64,000 nucleotides of DNA from an archaeon (GTDB taxonomy: Archaea > Nanobdellota > Nanobdellia > Woesearchaeales > GW2011-AR9). The stretch covers positions 46,346 through 110,345 of the forward strand of contig JAHFQW010000003.1 of the NCBI GenBank assembly GCA_023259115.1, written 5' to 3'. Position 1 is the stretch's first letter; the number at the start of each line of letters is the position of its first letter. Both the position numbers and the translations under genes were made by a program. Under the pieces are notes generated by a model. That model was not told where the DNA came from, searched no databases, and saw nothing but the letters and a program-made list of their open reading frames with translations. Positions 57,939-64,000 of the stretch are shown one piece after another.

Positions 57939-58097
57939 ATGATGTGAGAAGAAGAATTTTTCTTTTATTTATTTTTTCTAGTTCAGTTTACTTTTAGACT
58001 AAATGGAGAGGTTTAATTTTAAAAAAAAAAGATAAAAAAAATAAGATTTATTCAATGTTCTTTATGATTTCGCTATAAAGAGGTTATTCAAAGTCTT

Positions 58098-58238
58098 TTA
58101 TAATCTTTTTTTCATTTTGGCTAAGAGGATATAATCTTCTTTTGTGCCACTGCCGCCTTTGCATTTGAGCTCGAGGGCAGCGACTTCGGCTTTGACATCT
58201 TTTAATCGTTTTTCAACGTCTTTTTTGCTCATGGTCAT
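58098..58238 (-). CDS. Small basic coiled protein (46 aa; absent from the ORF track)
   Basis: Hand translation: MTMSKKDVEKRLKDVKAEVAALELKCKGGSGTKEDYILLAKMKKRL, followed by the GTTATTCAAAGT-type 3' element. Function unknown. Confidence 0.3.
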   Translation of the reverse strand: MTMSKKDVEKRLKDVKAEVAALELKCKGGSGTKEDYILLAKMKKRL

Positions 58239-58334
58239 GGTAGTTCACCTTTGTTGTTTGAATTTGTTATATTATTGAGGAGTTATATCATGCTTAGTTA
58301 TAAGTGTTTGGAGAGGGAAGAGAGATAGGGCTTT

Positions 58335-58934
58335 TTAAATTCTTTGAGTGAAATACGCGGGAATTTCTTGTTGAAGAAGAGTATCAATGTGTTGTTCTAG
58401 TTGAGGATTGTTGAGCAGATGGTGGGTTCTTGGTTGCGTACGGTCATTTATCCAATAGGAGTGCCAAGGGGTTGTGCGAATGAATTGTCTGGCGAACTCT
58501 TCGTTTATTTCCAGGCAACCACGCAGAACGAGGTCGAGGTAGGTTTGGGTAATAGGGTTATTTTGGGAGGGAAATTGAGGTGAATTGGGGATGTATGTCC
58601 AGACTGATTTTTGGGGGATATTTTTTTTCTGAGAAAATGATAGGATATTGCTGGGAAAAATAGTTTGGCGTTGATAACTTCTTTCTCGGAAATCGAGTTC
58701 TTCTAATTCTTCAGGGGATACGGGAAAGATGAGGCCTGTACATTCATGACCTGATTGAGGGGTTACTCCGAGTACGGTGAATGAGCGCAAGTTAGAACGA
58801 ACATTCCATTGGCGTTGGAAATTTTTGATAGTAACAGGATAGATTTCTCTGGAATGAGGAAGAGTAAGAGAGCGGTTGTGTGTATCTATTAAACTGCCGT
58901 AGCCAAAGATATAGTTTTGTGCCATTGTTGTCAT
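58335..58934 (-). CDS. Gamma-glutamyl cyclotransferase-like (AIG2/GGCT fold) protein
   Basis: YIFGYGSLI matches the YGSL GGCT motif; catalytic Glu candidate in ...PEELEELD. Confidence 0.55.
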   Translation of the reverse strand: MTTMAQNYIFGYGSLIDTHNRSLTLPHSREIYPVTIKNFQRQWNVRSNLRSFTVLGVTPQSGHECTGLIFPVSPEELEELDFRERSYQRQTIFPSNILSFSQKKNIPQKSVWTYIPNSPQFPSQNNPITQTYLDLVLRGCLEINEEFARQFIRTTPWHSYWINDRTQPRTHHLLNNPQLEQHIDTLLQQEIPAYFTQRI

Positions 58935-59013
58935 TATTGAGAATAAGTAGAGTGTTTTTTGGTTTTGGAATTTTTTTTAGATTGGATTTTACTTCTGGTT
59001 GTATTTATGGGAT

Positions 59014-60777
59014 TTAGTTATAATACCATTTGTTTTCGACGCGTTGTTCACGATCTTTGACAGAGTCTGGTTTATTGACACGAGGGCGATGGGATAAGAG
59101 GTCTCGACGCAGAGTTATGTTGAGTTCTTGCAAGAAGAGGTTCATGCCATCAGCCATGCTAAATGGGCCGCGCAAGGTGCCACTCTTGGCAGGAATTCCT
59201 GTGAAGACCATGAGGCGATCAGAGAGGTAGTCGAGAAATAAGAGGTCGTGATCGACGACGAGAATGGTTAAGTCGCGTTCGTAGGCAATGTTTTTGATGA
59301 TTTTGGAGATTAAGAGACGTTGTTCAACGTCGAGATAGGCGGATGGTTCGTCTAATAGGAAGAGCTGTGCATCCTGGGATAAACAGTAGGCGATGGAAAC
59401 GCGCTGGAGTTGGCCGCCGGAGAGTTCGGATAATTTTTGAGCGAAGAGGGATTCGAGGTTTAATGGTTTTATGAGCTGGTTGGTGTATTTTTCGTTGGCG
59501 CGAGTGAGAAAGTCAGAGACGAGGACATCGGATTCGGTTTCTAGATATTGTGGTTTATATGCGACTTTGACTTCACAGCTGAGTTCGCCAGAATCGGGTT
59601 TGATCAAACCGGCGAGCATTTTGATGAATGAGGTTTTGCCAATACCATTTTCGCCTAAGATGCCGATGATTTCGTTTTTGTTGAGACTGCCAGATTCGCT
59701 GTTTAATGTGAAGTTGCCTAATTGTTTGTGGAGGTTATTCCAAGAAAGAAGAGGGGTGCGGATGCCTTTTTTGTTATCTAGGCCCTTATCAAAACTTATG
59801 GCGCGGTCACGAATGCGCATGTTTTCTTCTTTCAAAAAGCCCTCTAAGAACGCGTTGATGCCTTCGCGGCTGGTTTTGAGACCAGAGACGATACCAAAAG
59901 CGCCTTCGGCACCATACATGATGTTGATGACATCGGTCATGAAATCGAGAATGATTAAGTCGTGCTCAACGACGAGAGTGGCAACTTGGGGTGTTGTGAG
60001 ATTGCGAATGAATCGGGAAGTGTTGATGCGTTGTTTGATATCCAGAAATGAGGTTGGTTCGTCGAAGAGGTAGAGGTTAGCGGATTTGAGGGAGGCGGCG
60101 GCAATGGCGGCGCGTTGAAGTTCTCCGCCGGAGATGGTGGTGATGGGGTTGTCTAGAAAGTTTGTGAGTTGGAGCTGTTCACTGATTTTTTGGAGGTTAT
60201 TGTCTTTGTCGACTTTTTGGAGAAGTTCACGAACGGTGCCGGAGAATTGTTTAGGAATCAAATCAACTTGCTGGGGTTTATAGGAAAAGGTAATTTTATT
60301 TTGATGTAATTGTTCAATGAATTTTTGCATCTCGGTGCCTTTGAAGTAGGCGAGGATCTCTTTGAATTCAGGTGGTTTTTGCCAGTTGCCAAGATTAGGT
60401 TGAATGATGTTGGAGAGAACTTTAAATGCGGTGGATTTGCCTAACCCGTTTCTGCCAACGATGCCAGTTACTTGACCAAAGAGGGGAGTGGGGAGTGAGT
60501 AGAGTTCGAATAAATTTTCACCATAGCGATGCAGAGGAGAGCGGTTTAATGTTTCAGGGAGATTAATGATTTCAATGGCACCAAAAGGACAGCGTTTCGG
60601 ACAGATGCCACAGCCGGTGCAGAGGAATTCGTCGATTCTGGCTTTTGTGGTTATGGGGTCAGGGGTGATACAATCAACACCGGCGCGGTTGACAGGGCAT
60701 AATTTAGCACAGAGATAGTTGCCACATTCATTAGGATGGCATTTGTTGCGATCAATTATGGCTATACGTTTGCGCAT
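59014..60777 (-). CDS. abcE1: ABCE1 / RNase L inhibitor ribosome-recycling ATPase
   Basis: N-terminal twin 4Fe-4S domain (CHPNECGNYLCAKLCPV; CTGCGICPKRCPFGAIE) plus two ABC cassettes (GRNGLGKST / GENGIGKTS; LSGGELQR / LSGGQLQR). Start trimmed to MRKRIAIIDRNKC at 60777, removing an 84-aa spurious extension. Confidence 0.9.
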   Translation of the reverse strand: MRKRIAIIDRNKCHPNECGNYLCAKLCPVNRAGVDCITPDPITTKARIDEFLCTGCGICPKRCPFGAIEIINLPETLNRSPLHRYGENLFELYSLPTPLFGQVTGIVGRNGLGKSTAFKVLSNIIQPNLGNWQKPPEFKEILAYFKGTEMQKFIEQLHQNKITFSYKPQQVDLIPKQFSGTVRELLQKVDKDNNLQKISEQLQLTNFLDNPITTISGGELQRAAIAAASLKSANLYLFDEPTSFLDIKQRINTSRFIRNLTTPQVATLVVEHDLIILDFMTDVINIMYGAEGAFGIVSGLKTSREGINAFLEGFLKEENMRIRDRAISFDKGLDNKKGIRTPLLSWNNLHKQLGNFTLNSESGSLNKNEIIGILGENGIGKTSFIKMLAGLIKPDSGELSCEVKVAYKPQYLETESDVLVSDFLTRANEKYTNQLIKPLNLESLFAQKLSELSGGQLQRVSIAYCLSQDAQLFLLDEPSAYLDVEQRLLISKIIKNIAYERDLTILVVDHDLLFLDYLSDRLMVFTGIPAKSGTLRGPFSMADGMNLFLQELNITLRRDLLSHRPRVNKPDSVKDREQRVENKWYYN

Positions 60778-60901
60778 AGGCTCGATAAGAGAAGGTGGTT
60801 TTATATGTTTTGTGGTTGAGAATGTTAGGAGAGGAGGAGTGTAGATTAGATGGGAAGAAATTGGATAGGATGAAAAGAGGAGATAGGATGAAAAAAAGAG
60901 T

Positions 60902-61726
60902 TTACTTTTGCAAATGAGAAGGAAGAAGAATATGAGGTTGTTTGGCGCGATGATAGAGCAGGGCGGTGAAAGGGTTTTGGGAGAAATCTTGTTCTTGTTC
61001 AGGGGTGAGACTAGCAACAGCATCAACAAAATGACTCAAATATTCAGGATTAAAAATAGGATCGTCTTCGGTTATGAGTTCGTCATAGGCATCAAAATAA
61101 TTTCCTACATCGGCTTTTTCGCGGCAATAACGTTCAAATGAGCTTTTTGTGAGGGGCAGAACCATTTTGAGGAAGGATTGGCCGACTTTGATTGATTCTT
61201 CATCGGTGCTCAGAAATCCATGGCGACGATAGAAATCAATTACGGGTTTCCAGGCGTAGGTGATAATGGAGTGGTCTTCAGGAGTGTGAGCGAGAAGGTT
61301 TAAGAGGAGTTTTGTGCTAATGCCGGTTTTACGATAGTCATTGCCAACATAGAGCATATCAAGATAGACGCATTTTTTGTATTCACGCGTGGGTTCAATG
61401 GCGTACCAGAGTGCGGCAGCAAGGCGATGCTGGTCTTTACCGATAAGGACTTCAGTTTCAAGGGTGTGGTCTTTTGAGGACTTTTTACGTCCAAAGAGTT
61501 CACGATAATATAAATCTTCTAAACGATGCACCAAGTCGTCATCGGGGGTTGCTTCTTCGATTGTAATAGAAAGAGAGGTTTTGATTTTTGCCTGTGGTTT
61601 TACCAAAGCAAGTGTGTCTTGGTATTCCGTTTGGGTGATGAGTCCATCTTTAAGATCCCGACGCAGCATGGCGAGATAACGATCCACTTTTTGTGTGTCA
61701 TCTAATTGAGTGAAGGGGGTAGGCAT
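60902..61726 (-). CDS. GNAT-family N-acetyltransferase domain protein
   Basis: YLDMLYVGNDYRKTGISTKLL fits the GNAT motif A (R/Q-x-x-G-x-G/A); N-terminal helical extension. Confidence 0.5.
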   Translation of the reverse strand: MPTPFTQLDDTQKVDRYLAMLRRDLKDGLITQTEYQDTLALVKPQAKIKTSLSITIEEATPDDDLVHRLEDLYYRELFGRKKSSKDHTLETEVLIGKDQHRLAAALWYAIEPTREYKKCVYLDMLYVGNDYRKTGISTKLLLNLLAHTPEDHSIITYAWKPVIDFYRRHGFLSTDEESIKVGQSFLKMVLPLTKSSFERYCREKADVGNYFDAYDELITEDDPIFNPEYLSHFVDAVASLTPEQEQDFSQNPFTALLYHRAKQPHILLPSHLQK

Positions 61727-61851
61727 AGCGTGTTAAATGAGAAGCTATTTATAAACTTTTCTATTTTTATTACTTATTAGGAGTCACATAATAATTAGGA
61801 ATCACATAATAGGCACAATTCTTATATACTTGTTATTACTAATGTATAGTT

Positions 61852-62802
61852 ATGATGAACTATGCCCCTAAAACGTTGATTACTCATCCTTTGTTTTTAA
61901 GTGATGATTTACCGGAAGAGTCTGTAGAACGCACCGGAAGATTGGAAATATTATTGGAAGATGTGCCTTCTATCCAGCAGTTATTAGAGCAGGAAGAGGT
62001 GCTGGAGGGAGAAATTCATTTGGTGCGTGCGGCTAATGGAGAAGTGTACTTGCCTTTGTTTCATAACCCAGGATATATTGATGAGGTAAGAGAGATGTGT
62101 GCTTCTTTACGAGATAGAGAATATGCACAGATTAATGATACATGCCTTAATAAAGATAGTTATACTCTCGCCTGCTACGCTGTAGGCGCTACCATCCAAG
62201 CTGCACGCCTAGCCAAAGAAGGTAAAAAGTCATTTGCCGTGGTGCGCCCACCTGGACATCATGCATATGCGGATAAAGGAGATGGGTTTTGTATTTTTAA
62301 TAATGTGGCGATTGCGACAGAGTATTTACGACGAAGAGGAGAGAAAGTGTTGATTGTTGATGTAGATTTACATGTGGGTGATGGCACGTTATCATATGTA
62401 GAAGGAAAAGAGAAAGTGTTTTATTATTCGATGGGACAAGAAGAGTTGTGGCCGCATATTGATGCGAGCGAGGAGAGAGAGAATGTGAAACTGGAATTTT
62501 TGCCGGAGGGGATAACAGATGATTTGTATATTTCTGCTCTGGAGAAGACATTAATGCCAGTGTTACGTGATTTTAAACCGGATATTATTGCGGTGAGCGC
62601 GGGGTTTGATACGTTTGCAACGGATTATGTGGATTATCGTGATACCTTTAAAGGAGGATTTTGTTTGTCACCAAGAGTCTATAAATCGTTGTGGAAGATG
62701 TTAGATGAGTCGTTGATTCCGTATTTTGCGGTGCTGGAGGGAGGGTATAATCCGGTAAGCGTGTGTACGGGTGTGTTGAGTTTTTTTGAGAAAGAAAAGT
62801 GA
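61852..62802 (+). CDS. Histone deacetylase / acetoin-utilisation (AcuC) family deacetylase
   Basis: VVRPPGHHAYADKGDGFCIFNNVAIA; DVDLHVGDGT; SAGFD. Zinc-dependent HDAC fold. Confidence 0.8.
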   Translation: MMNYAPKTLITHPLFLSDDLPEESVERTGRLEILLEDVPSIQQLLEQEEVLEGEIHLVRAANGEVYLPLFHNPGYIDEVREMCASLRDREYAQINDTCLNKDSYTLACYAVGATIQAARLAKEGKKSFAVVRPPGHHAYADKGDGFCIFNNVAIATEYLRRRGEKVLIVDVDLHVGDGTLSYVEGKEKVFYYSMGQEELWPHIDASEERENVKLEFLPEGITDDLYISALEKTLMPVLRDFKPDIIAVSAGFDTFATDYVDYRDTFKGGFCLSPRVYKSLWKMLDESLIPYFAVLEGGYNPVSVCTGVLSFFEKEK

Positions 62803-62839
62803 AGATTTTTTATAAGGTAATGGTTTTTCAATACAAATA

Positions 62840-63001
62840 ATGGCAAAATGCAATATCTGTGGGAATAAGTTGAAAGAATTATTTTTAGAGAAAGTGAAGG
62901 GAGGGGTGGTGTATAAGCCGGGTTCTTCAAAGCAATATATGGTGTGTTTTGAGTGTCAGAAGAAGTTTAGTTCTAAAGAAGAGATAATTGAGAGGTTGTA
63001 A
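62840..63001 (+). CDS. Small zinc-ribbon protein (53 aa; absent from the ORF track)
   Basis: Hand translation: MAKCNICGNKLKELFLEKVKGGVVYKPGSSKQYMVCFECQKKFSSKEEIIERL. Contains CxxC...CxxC. Confidence 0.35.
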   Translation: MAKCNICGNKLKELFLEKVKGGVVYKPGSSKQYMVCFECQKKFSSKEEIIERL

Positions 63002-63014
63002 TTATTGTACAAAA

Positions 63015-63698
63015 ATGGTGTCAGAAAAAGAATTATTATTGCAACGTGTTGGGAGAGATACATTATTTAGACAATCACCAGGCACAACACATAAAGAGGT
63101 ATTGATGGCAATGAGTAAAGTAGACCGAGCATGCTTTCTGCGGGGAAAAGAGTTGGCGCGCGCGTATTGGGATGTTCCTCGTTCTATAGGTTTTGAGCAA
63201 ACGTGTTCGCAACCCTCCACGCTTGCGACGCTATTACAGTTGCTAGATATTCATCCTGGTCAGCGGATTTTGGAGATTGGCACAGGATGCGGCTATGCGG
63301 CAACGATTGCGGCAGAAATGGCGGGGGAGCAGGGGTATGTTGTGAGTGTTGAGCGTATTTTGGATTTGGTGAAATTAGCGCAAGAAAATGCCTTCCACTA
63401 TTTTGGAGCAGAGTGGAAACAGAGAATGGATATAGTGTATGAGGATGGGAGTAGAGGAGGGAAGAGAAATGAGAAATATGATAGGATTTTCTTTTCGGCG
63501 GGAACAGAACAAGATTTTGATTTGAGTCCGTTTGAACAATTGCTGCAAAAAGAGGCAGGTGTAATAGTTGCGGTGCACTCTGGAGATGTATATCATTTAG
63601 GGCCAATGAGGAAATATGTGTATGTGAAAGAGAAGTTGCAGGAGAGCATAGATTATGGAAGGTTTTGTTTTGTGGGATTGAGAGAAAACACGATTTAA
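63015..63698 (+). CDS. pcm: Protein-L-isoaspartate O-methyltransferase
   Basis: SAM-binding motif I ILEIGTGCGYAATIAAEM; post-I and motif II spacing typical of PIMT. Start trimmed to MVSEKELL. Confidence 0.75.
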   Translation: MVSEKELLLQRVGRDTLFRQSPGTTHKEVLMAMSKVDRACFLRGKELARAYWDVPRSIGFEQTCSQPSTLATLLQLLDIHPGQRILEIGTGCGYAATIAAEMAGEQGYVVSVERILDLVKLAQENAFHYFGAEWKQRMDIVYEDGSRGGKRNEKYDRIFFSAGTEQDFDLSPFEQLLQKEAGVIVAVHSGDVYHLGPMRKYVYVKEKLQESIDYGRFCFVGLRENTI

Positions 63699-63771
63699 TT
63701 GGGAAGGGTAGAATGTTGAATAATCAAGTAGAATGATTTAAAAAGAAATTCTGAATTTTCTAGTGTTAGAT

Positions 63772-63912
63772 GCCCTTGTAGCTTAGTGGTGGAGCGGCGG
63801 TTTCGTATGCCTTGCTAAAATGTGCTGAATGAACCGCAGGCCGTGGGTTCAAATATACTTGTCATGTCTCTTAGGTTGGATGTGATGAGAGTTGAGAGTC
63901 CCACCAAGGGCT
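63772..63912 (+). tRNA. tRNA-Thr (anticodon CGU) with two introns: canonical 37/38 and a non-canonical T-arm intron
   Basis: Acceptor GCCCTTG / CAAGGGC (63772-78 / 63905-11). D-arm GCTT-AGTGGTG-GAGC. Anticodon stem GCGGT / ACCGC with loop TTCGTA (anticodon CGT). 24-nt intron TGCCTTGCTAAAATGTGCTGAATG. Variable loop AGGCC. T-stem GTGGG, T-loop TTCAAAT, then a 45-nt insertion before CCCAC. Discriminator T; CCA not encoded. Confidence 0.65.
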
Positions 63913-64000
63913 TATTTTTATTTTCTTTGGTAGAGGATAGAAATGTTCTTAAATAGGCTATTGTTTTTAATGAAAATGGCTAAACAGACGGATTTACCAA

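Noticed and set aside
60778-61029. 84-aa N-terminal extension of ABCE1 in the ORF track (ORF 59014..61029)
   Set aside because: ABCE1 begins with the Fe-S domain (MRKRIAIIDRNKC...). The extension is hydrophobic low-complexity read-through and overlaps the GNAT gene; the start was trimmed to 60777.
1-64000. Possibility that the window is bacterial (because of sigma-70, Lgt, gmk, panD, rnhC, DinD)
   Set aside because: The replication, translation and RNA-processing genes are unambiguously archaeal or eukaryotic-type (L44e, S27e, aIF2-alpha, Nop10, ABCE1, Orc1/Cdc6, PolB, Rad50). The tRNA has archaeal-style introns, and promoters are TATA-box / leaderless. The bacterial-type genes are interspersed, not segregated, so these look like lateral transfers into an archaeon.

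Overview
This 64 kb window is AT-rich (roughly 40% GC by eye) and reads as chromosomal DNA from an archaeon. The informational genes are archaeal: Rad50, family-B DNA polymerase, Orc1/Cdc6, the L44e / S27e / aIF2-alpha / Nop10 cluster, ABCE1, archaeal-type GluRS, SerRS, and a tRNA-Thr(CGU) with two introns, one in the T-arm. TATA-like boxes sit about 25 nt upstream of several start codons, which fits leaderless archaeal transcripts. Among the housekeeping genes there are many bacterial-type genes. The most striking is a contiguous Lgt, sigma-70 and lipobox cupredoxin trio at 54.7-57.9 kb. Others are guanylate kinase, pyruvoyl PanD, RNase HIII, a DinD/Bro-N protein, PIN-PhoH, a MacB-type ABC transporter with two FtsX permeases, and HIT proteins. 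The intergenic space is unusually busy. A mosaic family of small hairpin modules recurs at 11 or more loci; paralogous copies carry compensatory stem changes, and one copy abuts orc1. Two MITE families carry clean TIRs and target-site duplications; one copy sits inside the ribosomal-protein operon and two bracket a hypothetical gene next to an NTase/HEPN-like locus. A roughly 1 kb insertion carries the DinD-like gene and is flanked by 47-bp perfect direct repeats that duplicate the 3' end of rnhC. An iteron-like array lies next to a TrmB-like regulator. No CRISPR array, rRNA or integrase is visible. Features called novel here rest on motif and structure reading alone; no database searches were run.
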